Part shown: positions 13,661 through 26,686 of the stretch, piece after piece
How the letters are laid out: every line of letters starts with the position of its first letter
How positions within the stretch are numbered: the stretch's first letter is position 1
NCBI GenBank assembly: GCA_965644295.1
Contig: CBFFRP010000111.1
Coordinates: 124,001 to 188,000 of the forward strand
Origin: Paraphysomonas bandaiensis
Taxonomy: Eukaryota; Protista; Chrysophyceae
Length of the DNA: 64,000 bases
Reading direction: 5' to 3'
Translations under genes and position numbers: made by a program
Notes under the pieces: model-generated
What the model was told of the DNA's origin: nothing
The model's input: only the letters and a program-made list of their open reading frames with translations
The model's database searches: none

Positions 13661-14427
13661 TAAGCCCTAATTAGTGCTCTATTGTGTAAAAATGTCTTCC
13701 ACTCTTGATTTATGTCTTCGAAGACAAAAAGACATAAATTTGCTCATATTTATGTCTTTTTGTCTCCCGAAGACAGAAAGACATTTTGTCTTTTGGTCGA
13801 TTTCTGTCTTTTGTCCTCCCATAATTCCTGCTTTTCATGCCAGGAAGACAAAATGTCTTCCGTCTTTTTGTCTTTTGTCTTCACCATAATTAGTGGCCTG
13901 ATAGAATTCTATACAAACATAAAATTCTAATAAAAAAAATTGGTGTACAGTTCTGTGTATGTGTCTATGTATAGTGTAGCGTACTGTACATGTCGACTCT
14001 CCCTGTACTGCTGTACAGCAGTGTGTATATGTACAGATTGACAGATGTATATGGGACTCTATGTACTGCTGTACAGGAGTATGTATATGTAGAGATGTAC
14101 ATATAGATGTTCCATTCCTATTGAACTCTCACTATATATACATACACACACTGCATATAACATCACCCCCCCTCCCTCCCTCTCTCTCTATATATAAGCA
14201 ACATCATATTAATCAGATCTATTTTCAATACACTCTATACCCCTTAAACCTCATGTTCTAACTACCCCTCTCTTAATCTAATCACCACCTCTATCATCTC
14301 CATACATATGACTGTATACACACCTTAAATAACACTCATATCACAATCATATAACCATAATCTCATAATTCAATTCAATACTGTGTATATATCTATAAAT
14401 AAGGGAAAAATAACAACAACAAACAAT

Positions 14428-15153
14428 ATGAATCATACATTAAGAAATAGTGTGATAAGATACAGTGAAGCACGCAGTGGATTTCGTCGTAGACTTCAAT
14501 TGATCGCTTTAGCATGCTGCAGTAGCACACTTTTAATGTTAATGTTGTATGCATACCTTTTTGACTCTAATAATGATAGTAAAGAAACTAATGGGAAGAA
14601 ATCTCCAGAATCGAACAAATATTTCTATGTACTGTTACTGGTGTTGTTTGTATCGTTATCAGTCGTGAACATTATTCGACAAATATATCTGAGATTACTT
14701 GGACAGATGGAAGCAGAAGGAAATAGTGCAAGTCATAATGTGGAATATCTGGAGGCTCAGAGTATTGGGCGATTACTGAGGATGAATAGTCGCGACATGC
14801 TAGGCCCACGCGGTATCTCCCGCTTACACCTTGCCCTTATGAGACGGCAGAGGGACTTCACTGGAGATGATTATGAAATGTTGCAACAGTTGGACGAAGG
14901 GGTCACTACCGGGAAGCCGAAAGGTGCTACTGAAGGTGAATTATTACGGTTTCCCACACATACGCTGACTGCTCGAGACGTGGAGTCTTCTCATGCAGAG
15001 TCGAAAGAGTGTTCGATTTGTCTGGAACCATTTGAGCAAGGAGAAGTGGTCAAAATTATTCCTTGTCTACATAGGTTTCATCAGAATTGTATTGACACTT
15101 GGCTTAGAAGTCAAGCAATATGCCCTGTCTGTAAATTCTCTGCCGTAGAGTAG
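14428..15153 (+). CDS. Membrane-anchored RING-H2 E3 ubiquitin ligase, SDIR1-like
   Basis: Two N-terminal TM helices, RLHLALM...DFTGDDYEMLQQLDE, and CSICLE...PCLHRFHQNCIDTWL...CPVCK. Confidence 0.92.
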   Translation: MNHTLRNSVIRYSEARSGFRRRLQLIALACCSSTLLMLMLYAYLFDSNNDSKETNGKKSPESNKYFYVLLLVLFVSLSVVNIIRQIYLRLLGQMEAEGNSASHNVEYLEAQSIGRLLRMNSRDMLGPRGISRLHLALMRRQRDFTGDDYEMLQQLDEGVTTGKPKGATEGELLRFPTHTLTARDVESSHAESKECSICLEPFEQGEVVKIIPCLHRFHQNCIDTWLRSQAICPVCKFSAVE

Positions 15154-18100
15154 AAGTTACCGTATACGACTGTATAGATACGATTTTGTTCTGTTGTAAT
15201 TTTTGTCTCGTACAAATGTGACGCAACTGTATTTGGTACTATGTATCGAATTGTTAAGTATTTCTATATTTTTGGTGTAATTTTGTCTCAACGATGTAAT
15301 GTAAAATTCCACCCGGAAGGAGTGGCCATGGATGTTTTGATGTACAGACATACAGCAAAACAAAATTGTACATACAGATTAAATCAATTAATTATAATTC
15401 TTCGTAGACGAAGAGTTGAAGCAAAGTAATGTGATACTAGGATGCCTTGTCCTAGCTTCATAGACTTTGCCCACGATTCTAATCTGATCTACATAGAGTG
15501 TTCCCAGATCCTAGAGGAAGAGTAACATCATCCAATCAGTATTTTATTCGCCGTACTGACGGACCTTCGCAGTTGGTATTTTTTTTCATTCTTATTTGTT
15601 TAGTATAATAAAGCAAATGATATCAGCATGTGTGTTTACTTTCTTTTACTTGTGTCTTACAATCTCCATGTGTTCCTACATGCATAAGGATGCATATTAG
15701 AGTAGCCATATATCAGAATACTGTCAAATATCTACTAGTTATGAAGTCATTTTGGGCTAATATATATAAGAAAGCTTGTAGTACTTCAACTCTTTAGGAG
15801 ATACATATGAATGACCTTTTAATAGTTTCCTCTATCTTTGGAATAGCTATACTTCTACATATGTTATGACATAGCTGAGGTGTAGATAAAGAAAACTGCA
15901 AATTAGTGTGGCAAAACACTAATAGTTCTAGTAATTTATTTATCATGCACACTTGTTGTGGTCGTTCTAAAGATTCAGTACACTAAATACCATCTTCATA
16001 GTGAAAGCGTAAGAGTCAATGATATATTGTAGTGCTTTGTTGTGTAGTATACGTATAGTATGACTCCATTTGATTTGCAAATCAGTCGCAATGGACACAA
16101 CTCATAATGAAATATCCGATACAAATTTGTGTGTCAAAAACTTCAGTCATGTACAGCAGATGTACGCAAGGAAGTTTCGTGAGCTGTATGAGTGTGCTGT
16201 TACGGCTATATTTCTATTTGAAATCAACTCCATAAACGAACTATTATACCACATGTCTAGATGTTAATGTGATGTTACTTGAATTTCGCGTCAATCCCTG
16301 TGAACATCCTACCCAATGATATCAAAGAAACACATATTCATAGGTATAAAGATCATAAAACCATCATCATCAGCAGATCAAATATATCATTAAAACAGGG
16401 TTTTTCGTATTTTTAACAATAAACAAATTATAAAAAAGGGTTATTTTTAAGTCTATATCGAAATAGGGATCTGGAACATACTCTACATCGAGATACTGGA
16501 CAGCAGCATATGTATGTGTACATATGGTTTGTACATACGACTATACAGCAGTCACAGTACGTTGAACTAACTCTCCATATATACATATACATACATACAT
16601 ACATATCGTCAGCAGGTCACATCATCACATTCACATTCACTCACTCACAACAAACTGCATTTCATAGTATTTCATTAATCAAACTAATCATATCATTCAT
16701 TCACTCATCTCATAATTAATCTACTTGTGTTTACATATACTCATACCAGCTAATGAAGTACTAGTATATACATATATATACACAGTCATATGAACCGTAT
16801 CTGAAAGTAGTTATCATATCCATTTGTGTTGTTATGATTGGTACAAATTTAACAACTGAAATTATTATATTTTGTGCATTTGGTTCACTACTTTGTTGTA
16901 TTGTTTATCATTTTTTTAGAAGCACAAGATATCAACACAGTGGCCATTCACGTGTCAGGTTTGTTAGCATTCATGTTATATTATCTTATGAGATATGAGC
17001 TAATTATAGTTTTCAGTCCACTCTTATTTAGGGGAACTCCAACGAGTGCAGTCCAAAATAGCAACAGAATTAATTCACCTCACAGTGCGGTTGATGTTAG
17101 AGATGATTTCGATGGGTGCTACGATATTGTGCAAGTGCAAAGTTATGATGATAGTTAAACCTCCAGTCTGAACCTTAGCATATGGGCATTTTTATTATGT
17201 ATGTGTACATTTATGTGTTACTTGATAGCAAACTTATGCAGTTGTGTGGGTTATTATTTATATATCGGCCGCTATAATTGCGTTTTATCTCTTATGTCGT
17301 ATTGCTTAACTGTTTCTACTTTTGCTATGTATAATCAACGTAATTTCCCACTGAAATTGAGGGATATAATCATGAACCATGTTCCGTTTAGTGTGCAATA
17401 TGTTGATGGCACATCTGTCATGTCTGTGTCGTTTATGCTGGTTCCAAAGCTGCCGGGAGCAACAATAAATCAGCTATTTTGTACAAGTAACTACAATATA
17501 TAGTCAATTCAGTTTGTCATAATTTTATTGCCATCACAATTTACCTGGTGTTCTTAATTATTAGGGATCTATTATTGGCCCTAGTCAACTGGGTGTCCTA
17601 ACTTAGTCACACCAAAATTGGTGTAAAAACGTAGCCAAGTGGTTGAAATACTCAGTCATTAAATAATTCATATTTTCAGTTTACAATGACTAGTATGTGT
17701 TTATGGTATTCATTCAAATATGGGAGAATAGTCTAGATATCGGCACATCACATTTCATCCTTACAGTGGGTGCATTCGTAAGCACTTTAGCATAGCACAT
17801 ACACCCCTATGACCCAATTTCTATGGAAACTGCTCCATCTGTAGCCTCTTACTATACTTTCGAGCTTTTAGCCGCTGAAATTCCTGTTTCTTCATTGGCG
17901 GCGTAAAAATTAGCACATTCGTACAGTCCTCGAAATCACTTCCGTCATCAAAGTCGGCATTTTCATCGTCTGAAGATAAATGTGGTCGTTATTCCAGGAA
18001 ACTTGGAATATCTAATGATATATGTGAAGTTCTATCAACGACTTTATTGACCATACCTTCTTCCTCAGAGAACTGAATAAAGGAATTCATAAGTTATAGA

Positions 18101-18943
18101 AAGCTATATAACTGTATTGTTTCAAGTACTATATAATATGTATTAATTGATGTTGGAATGTTTTTTTAAATGCTCTTCGAGGCAGTAATGATGTAAGGAA
18201 GTATCTTGTACAGTCAGAATGATGTATCAAAATCCTTTCAAAATGCGGTTTGTATTCATTCATATTTAGTATAAACTATAAACGCGAGTGCCACTAATAT
18301 CATGATGTTTCCAAAGGGAACTACCCCATTCCAATAGTGTGGCTATAGTGTAGGCTCGCTGGTACACCACATATGACACCAAGATTTTGCGCTGATTCTA
18401 CATAGCCACACACCCAACCGTTCACCATCACTAAAACTAAAAACTAAAAAACATACTTCGAAGGGTCTATATTCATACTTGAGCGGTGCAGTCCTGCCTA
18501 TATCTTTTCTGTTCTCTGCTTTTTTTGACTTGATCTATGCTGCATTGGCTTCACTTTACCTGCAGTGCGACTTCACTGTTCTTTAACGTGTAGATGCCTA
18601 GTTATATGCTAGTACAATTTATGACAAGGTTTATAACTAAAACTGACTAGGTTGAATACTATTTTCTTATTATCTATTTAACAATAGTTGTATTACGTAG
18701 TTTGATATTTTATTTAGCAGTGCACTCAACACGGGTTAATAACTCCAGTTTATGAATATTCTTTATCATTACGATTGACATATCAAGCCTTTCACCACTC
18801 ACTCAATACATTTAATCGACGAATGTGGCATTGATGACCAGGAAATAAACACCTATCAGAATTCATAGTACCGCGTATTCAACCACTTCACTACATATTT
18901 ATCATTCAGCTGCAAAACTAACTCAACACGAAATAACAACATG

Positions 18944-19707
18944 TCACGGACTACTATATGATTCATATACAGTATTTTGTGGCTGAGATTTAATTTCATC
19001 AGACATGACGGATATCCACGTATCTCTTTCAGCCGCTGTGTCGCATATAAAAGTTTTGTTCACCGAATCAGTTGTTCTTAGTTGAAATGAATACTGCAGG
19101 AAGAGTATAACATTAGGGAGGCAACATAAACAAATAAACCACATACCGAGTAATCTCTTGTGGCAGAATTTTGGGTCACCGTCGACTTCCGAGGTATTTG
19201 AATGATAGATACAGCAGCCTTCGCAATATCTGAATCATACCCGTACAATCGTACGGGTGCTGTCGACGTCGCCGGCGCTAATTTGAAATACTTTCTACGG
19301 TTGGTTCTATTGCCGGTCTCTGTCAACCATCCCTCGTGTAGGTACGTACCATTTGCTGTTATAGGACTGTGCGGTGATTTGTGCTGATGGGCTTGGTCCA
19401 ATTTATCTCCAAACATTTGCTTTAGAGTCCGTTGCTGACGCTTTAACATTTCATCATGTTCAACAGTTTTGTTGTGTATCGCCGGAATATGGGACTCCTT
19501 CTCTCGTAAATCCATTTCTATTCTTGCCAACCGTTGATGAAATGTATCCAACCATTCTTCATGTTTATGTTTCATGTTTAAAACATCGAATTCTCTGTCC
19601 ATTTGTGCTGCTTTCTCCTTCACTTTACTGTCAAGACTCTGCACTAATGACAGCTTCTCATTCAACATATCACGCCAATTATATGCAGGTTTATTTCGTG
19701 ATTTCAT
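18944..19707 (-). CDS. Coiled-coil plus PH-domain protein, 2 or more exons
   Basis: LHEGWLTETG..RRKYFKL, then FQLRTT..KTFICDTAAERDTWISVM after an intron at about 19097-19147. Confidence 0.8.
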
Positions 19708-20084
19708 TATAAAGGTTTATGCTATAGTAAAGATCGAGTAGTAGTATACACACCTCAGTTCAATAGCATCATCAATTTAAGGTCAGTAAATCTTGCAAGT
19801 TAACAGTTACAGTTAAATATTAATACTCAATTGAATGATGTAATCCGTATATTATGAAATACAAATGAAATGAATATGTATAATAGTGATATATATGATG
19901 AAATTATAGTTATATTAATAAGTAATGCACTGAAAGGACAGCAACTGCATATATACAATCTAGAAATGAGATCCCAAACCATCACACAACACAGTTGACA
20001 GTTGGGATTATGGTATACCATACCTCCCTACTATACACACAATATCCATATCAATTATACGTACCTATGTAATAAAATACGTAG

Positions 20085-20229
20085 ATACATACATACATAC
20101 ATACATACATACATACATACATACATACATACATACATACATACATACATACATACATACATACATACATACATACATACATACATACATACATACATAC
20201 ATACATACATACATACATACATACATACA

Positions 20230-20260
<31 letters not shown>

Positions 20261-20895
20261 GTACATACATACACACATACATACATACATACATACATAC
20301 ATACATACATACATACATACATACATACATACATACATACATACATACATACATACATACATACATACATACATACATACATACATACATACATACATAC
20401 ATACATACATACATACATACATACATACATACATACATACATACATACATACATACATACATACATACATACATACATACATACATACATACATACATAC
20501 ATACATACATACATACATACATACATACATACATACATACATACATACATACATACATACATACATACATACATACATACATACATACATACATACATAC
20601 ATACATACATACATACATACATACATACATACATACATACATACATACATACATACATACATACATACATACATACATACATACATACATACATACATAC
20701 ATACATACATACATACATACATACATACATACATACATACATACATACATACATACATACATACATACATACATACATACATACATACATACATACATAC
20801 ATACATACATACATACATACATACATACATACATACATACATACATACATACATACATACATACATACATACATACATACATACATACATACATA
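20085..20895. repeat. (CATA)n microsatellite, about 810 bp
   Basis: Direct tetranucleotide repeat between divergent genes. Confidence 0.99.
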
Positions 20896-21163
20896 GAGGG
20901 GCATCAGTTACACAGGGTAGGGTAGGGTATGTGTGTATGTATGTATGTGTGTGTATGTAAGTGTGTATTAGAGCAGCTCTGTTATCGCTCTGTAACTTAA
21001 GGCATATATATACACACCACACCAACAAACAAGATGTTATCATCTGAGTACATCTGATATCATCATACTCTTGTGGTGCATACATTAACGCATCTGATCA
21101 TAAGCCATACATACATATATACATACTCATATATACATACTCATCCATATATATATCTATATT

Positions 21164-23181
21164 ATGGACAGACTCGTTAAGAAGATCAAAGAACAGTTCT
21201 CTCATGAAGCGATTATTGAGATATATGTCTTAGATGAGACGGGTAGGCCGATGGAGCTGTATTCCGGTCTTCCCAGTGGACTGACCCCTTCCTACTTACA
21301 TGAGGTGCTGTACACTGCTATATACACACTGTTATAGTCACGCTGTTTCATATACACACTGTTATATACACTGTTTTATATACATAATGTTTTATTGATA
21401 TGGACTAAAACGGCAGCACAGGTTTTAAAAGATCCGAGTACATTTTATGTTTTCAGCGTAGTTGGTATTGATGAAAATTTTGCTGATTTGATAGATATTC
21501 ATAGAGATAAAATGTCCCGAAAAGAGTTTTGCTGGCTGACAGGTATTTTTTGAAGCTATAGTATGTTGAGTGTGTAGTTATTGTTTCCTGTGTCGTGTAT
21601 TTAGATCCTTCGCCTCCCCAAGCTGTTGACAGAACATCCACTACTATCTCATTGAAGTGGGATCCCGTGAATTTTTGTGGCGTAGATGTTTCTGTCGTTG
21701 CTGATTCCATTACTTATACACTTGAGGCATGCGAAGGTCAAGAGTGGCGTGGGGGATTAGCCTCTAAGTTTGTTACTGATCTGTCGGCTGATGATTACCG
21801 AGTGATGTGTAAGGGGTCACAAGTGGTTAGTGTCACTGTAGAGGATCTGAAGCCCGCTCAGTGGTATCACTTTCGCGTTAGTGTTCAATATGCCGGCACG
21901 GTCGTCACAAGCTCCTCGCGAGCTGTGTCAACCCTCACTTCACCACCAAGTAAACCATCTCAACCTAATATATATCTTATCATGAACGAAAACGATATGT
22001 TTGTCAATCGTGATCGATGGGAGCCACAAGTCCGTTTGACATGGGGTCCTCCCACGTGCAATGGTTCACAGATTCGGAAGTACCATATTCAATTGAAGGA
22101 ATACTATTCTTGTGCCTCAGATATGGTGTGGTCTCGAGGTAGTCCAAGCCGTGAGTCTGACGATGAAGATGATGGTCACCATACTAGTCGCAATACAGTC
22201 ACTAATATTGCAGGAGAAAACCTCGTCTCAGACAAGTGGCGTACTGTATATTGCAATCTGGTTCGCAGTCACCTTCTTGACCCTCCAAGGTTTAAATGCA
22301 AAGCATGGGGAATTCGACTGCGTGCTATGAATGCGTCAGGCTGGTCTCCTTACTGTGACGTCATGATCCTCGACCACCGATCGCACCCGAAGCTTTTCAC
22401 AACTAGGAAACCAACAACCGCCAGTAAGCTCCCTCCCTTACAGAAGTCTCCGTCAAGATGGTCCCCGAAGAATTCGACCCCTTCAAATAGTCAAATGTTA
22501 ACTCGAAAATCATACGGAGACGTGCCCACTAAGAACTCCTTCTTTTCCAATCAAGAAGGAATAGAAACACATACAGATAATGTGGACGTATGGACTGCGC
22601 CAGACGAAAGTGATAAACAGGATTCACAAGAAGAGCTGCAGAAGACCTTCTCATCGGCAATTAAGAATTTGCAGGAAGAAAGCAAAGAGGACACGACTTC
22701 TTCTCGAGCGCAGAGTGCACCCAATGTTCGATTCGAGTCATCACGCTGTAAGACTCCAAATTTTCTTCTGCCTGCCAATCACAAAGACCGAGAGAGAGTT
22801 GGAAAAGTCCTTGCTGTGGATGTTTCGCTGAGTCCAAGACGTAGTATTGCGGGTAAAAAGTCCGTAAATTCTACTCATGGCAGTACCACATCATGGGCGT
22901 CTGAGGTCCAGGAAGACTATGACCATTCTATTGAAAGAGAAATTGACAGGTTAGCGCACGACATACATTTCATATTCGTCACTATATTTTTTCTCTATTT
23001 ATGTGGTTTTACTGTAATAGAATATGGGAAAGAACATGTTTCAACAGAGAATTCATCAGAGAAGTTATACAAAACATTTCTGCTGACGCTTGAATGCGCC
23101 ATTATGAATCGTCGAAACGGTGATTACGCAGATTACGGCGAATTGGACACCTTGAGAATAGTTGTTGCCGATGCGCACTAG
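21164..23181 (+). CDS. Fibronectin type III domain protein (2 FN3 plus low-complexity tail), multi-exon
   Basis: PSPPQAVDRTSTTISLKW...VEDLKPAQWYHFRV and VRLTWGPPTCNGSQIRKYHIQ...IRLRAMNASGWSPY. Upstream exons start at ATG 21164; the 3' end is approximate. Confidence 0.8.
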
Positions 23182-23579
23182 GGTAAAATAATATGTATGT
23201 ACATTGATAATGCATTGAAGAGATAAAGTTCATGTCAGAAGTTAGTTTTTACAGTGATATCATATGTTAGTGTTTTATTATCATATACTTACGTAAAGAA
23301 CAATATTCAAGCTGTACACAGATTTGCTAAGTTTGAACATATTACTGAAGTTAGTCAACGTTGTTCCTAACACTCACTTTGTTGTACATAATGTTTTTGT
23401 ACTTCCAAGAAAGAATTATAATTGTTAGTAATATTAATGAAGCACCTGACGAACAAAAAACGAAGGGAGAGAGACAAGGACAAGCCTTTTTACCCCCAAA
23501 CCCCTAGGGGCTTCTTCTCTTCGAGTGTTTCCAATTACAACCTTCGGTCGTAAGTCCTTGCAGTTTGTAAGTTCAACTT

Positions 23580-24738
23580 ATAACTCATTATGAATAAGTT
23601 ATAATTACTTTATATATTATTTATATTCTTAAATAAAATTAATAACTTTATATATTTTTTATAATGTTTATAATAAAAAGTAATATAGATAGTAAAGTAG
23701 ATTTAATAAGTAGATTTAATAGTAGATATAGAGAGAGGAAAAAAATAAAATGAAAAATAATTTAATTTGTAAGGTTTGTAAAAACCCCGGGATTCTACCA
23801 TTAAAACTACTTATTAAATCTACTTTGTTATCTATATGACTTTTTTATAATAATGTATAATGGCAATGCTTTAAGCTCTGGAATGTAGTTGTAGTGATAT
23901 AATGGCGAAGCTTTAAGCTCTGGAATGTAGTTGTAGTGATATAATGGCGATTTATATAAAAACCCTTAATTTCACAATTTTATAAAAATATATAAAACAT
24001 TTTTTAATATATAAAATCATTTAAAAAAATAATTATATATATATAATATATATAGTTATGACAAAAACAAAATCTGAGATCAATGGTGAAAAGATTACAA
24101 AAGAAGAGAAGGAGCAATTTATAGGTAAATATTTACAACTTTACAAAGACAAAGAACTTAAAAGATTATATAAAGAAGAAGTTGATAATTATGAAACATA
24201 TATAAATAAGAAAGTCTCTGAAACTGTAGGAACGTTAAATACAAAGATAAGAATAAATGAAAACACAATAAGAACAGATATAATTAAGAAACTAGAAACA
24301 GAAGATTATGAAAAAGTTTTCCCTAAGTCAACAACTTACATTAAACAAAATATATTCCATGGTTACGATAGTATGTTTTACGTATTAACAAAAAACCCAG
24401 ATGGTCATATACTACCATATGAGTATTCACAAACTAATTTTATAAACACATTTGGAAAGTACTTTCCCGATCATATTAAAGCATGGTTTAATAAATACTC
24501 TGATAAACATACTTTAGTATGTGATAACACAAAACCCAGGATATTTTCTAAAGGTGATGACGACTTCTTAAATTTGTTTTCAGGATATAAATACGATAAG
24601 AACTCAAAGAAAGATATGAAGAAAATTGAGCGAGGTAAAAAAGGAATGAAGTTCATATGGAATCACATTAAAGAAGTGTGGAATTCAGGGAATGAAGTTA
24701 ATTATAAGTATGACAAAAGCTGGATAAGAAAGCTATAA
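23580..24738 (+). mobile_element. AT-rich endogenous virus-like fragment (Polinton-like/virophage-type)
   Basis: Abrupt extreme AT richness, a long imperfect inverted repeat, a 42-bp tandem repeat and an intronless ORF with AT-biased codons. The left boundary is uncertain. Confidence 0.6.
24058..24738 (+). pseudogene. N-terminal part of a D5-like/SF3 primase-helicase, truncated before Walker A
   Basis: FLNLFSGY...FIWNHIKEVWNSGNEVNYKY..SWIRKL resembles the segment preceding the P-loop in viral D5-type helicases. The ORF stops where base composition changes. Confidence 0.65.
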
Positions 24739-25679
24739 CAACACCCGGTTTGATAACCAGGGTGTTGGCTCGTAAACAATAGTACTACTATAACACCTAC
24801 ACTGAACCAACAAGCACAGTAATGACGGTATTATTATTAAAACACTTTTCCAAGTTTAGACCTAAACTCAGTTAGTGACTCCCGCGAAGAGTCACCGCGC
24901 AATGGTATACCGCTGGCACCCAAGATCACTAGCACCAAGCTTTGGTCTAACTTAAAACAAGTGATAAACACCATAGAAGCATATATGCACACACACACAC
25001 TCCTAACATGATGGTGCAACACACGTGGTGTCATCACACCACCACAGGTTGCGTAACTCTTCAATCAAAAACTGAAAAATACACAGCAACCTGATAGGGA
25101 GTGACTCACCAGCATATGCCGAGAGTACACCGTATACTACGTATCTATACCCTACCAGAGACTGAAAACCCCCTAATCCAGGAAAATTATTTAGCCCGCA
25201 CCGCAGGTGCGGGATCCCGCACCCTTGTTTTTACACAAAGGCCGCACAGCAAGTGCGCCCATCGAGTGATCCAATCAGCAGAGTGCATCATAGCATAGTG
25301 CATCATATCACATGCATCGAGTATATGTATATAGTAATATGACGAGGCAGCCATATGCAGCAGATACACGTTAATGAGTGCTTGAATGATAGGTGATAAC
25401 ATGTTGCTACCATCTTATTTCATGAAACTGTGAGATGAGATATGCAGTTACTGGACGAGGTTTATAAGGCTGTATGGAGAGGAACTGTGAAGGGCTGTAT
25501 ATTATGGTATGAAGTGATATGATATGGATATCAATGATTGAATTCCAGGTGGGAGCATCATGCTCCCATCATCCTATTTAAAGTGTCAGGTATGCAGAGA
25601 GATGAGAAGTGGTACATTTGAAGGAATAGAAGGCTGTATATCATGCATGCACTATGTTGTGTGATGGTATATGAGATGC

Positions 25680-26610
25680 TGAATGTTGTCATGGTTTATT
25701 ATGCTGTTGTAGGCGCAATGACGTTTATACTTACCGGTGCAAGAGGGATGCCTAAGCGACACAAGCGCCCGGCTGCCCCTGTACCATCTTGCAGTGAATA
25801 TGTGTCATGTTGTGTAAGGGTATGCAGTATGGCTGTATGTGATAAGAATTCTGAACGGTGTGGAATAATAAAATGCTGAAGGCTGTGATGGTTTATTATG
25901 CTGTTGTAGGCGCAATGACGTTTATACTTACCGGTGCAAGAGGGATGCCTAAGCGACACAAGCGCCCGGCTGCCCCTGTTCCATCTTGCAGTGAATATGT
26001 GTCATGTTGTGTAAGGGTATGCAGTATGGCTGTATGTGATAAGAATTCTGAACGGTGTGGAATAATAAAATGCTGAACGCTGTGATGGTTGATTATACTG
26101 TTGTATGCTCTGTAAATAATGATACGATGTATTCCAATTACTAATGAATCATTAATTATAAGGGTACAGTATAAAAAGTTGATGGAGTGGTTATAAATGA
26201 ATACATATAGGCATTCTACAGATTACTAACATCAGACTGTGTCGAATAATAAAATGCTGCACGCTGTAATGGTTGATTATACTGTTGTATGCTCTGTAAA
26301 TAATGATACGATGTATTCCAATTACTAATGAATCATTAATTATAAGGGTACATTATAAAAAGTTGATGGAGTGGTTATAAATGAATACATATAGGCATTC
26401 TACAGATTACTAACATCAGACTGTGTCGAATAATAAAATGCTGAACGCTGTAATGGTTGATTATACTGTTGTATGCTCTGTAAATAATGATACGATGTAT
26501 TCCAATTACTAATGAATCATTAATTATAAGGGTACATTATAAAAAGTTGATGGAGTGGTTATAAATGAATACATATATTGGCATTCTACAGATTACTAAC
26601 ATCAGACTGA
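25680..26610. repeat. Internal tandem repeats of the Crypton: 2 x 197 bp then about 3 x 184 bp
   Basis: Duplicated ORF ends at 25879 and 26076; GATTATACTG recurs at 26091, 26275 and 26459. Confidence 0.95.
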
Positions 26611-26686
26611 AGTTTCCTTTTCTTTGTCCTTGGAATAATGTTACCATCACTGTCCCTTCGTGCACTCATTGCATCATATATACTGT

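Larger units (their letters stand above)
11471..13898 (+). mobile_element. PIF/Harbinger DNA transposon, internally deleted
   Basis: 23-bp TIR GGCCACTAATTATGGTGAAGACA at both ends, 3-bp TSD TGA, many subterminal AAAGACA repeats, DDE transposase remnant. Confidence 0.93.

Noticed and set aside
16789-17503. Possible small spliced plus-strand gene
   Set aside because: Promoter-like leader and splice-like sites exist, but the product is very short with no recognisable motif.
17577-18660. GGCCCTAGTCAACTGG as a Harbinger-type TIR, and a hairpin at about 18338-18412
   Set aside because: No convincing matching TIR or TSD.
25680-26610. CRISPR-like array
   Set aside because: Units are whole duplications of 184-197 bp, the context is eukaryotic and there are no cas genes.
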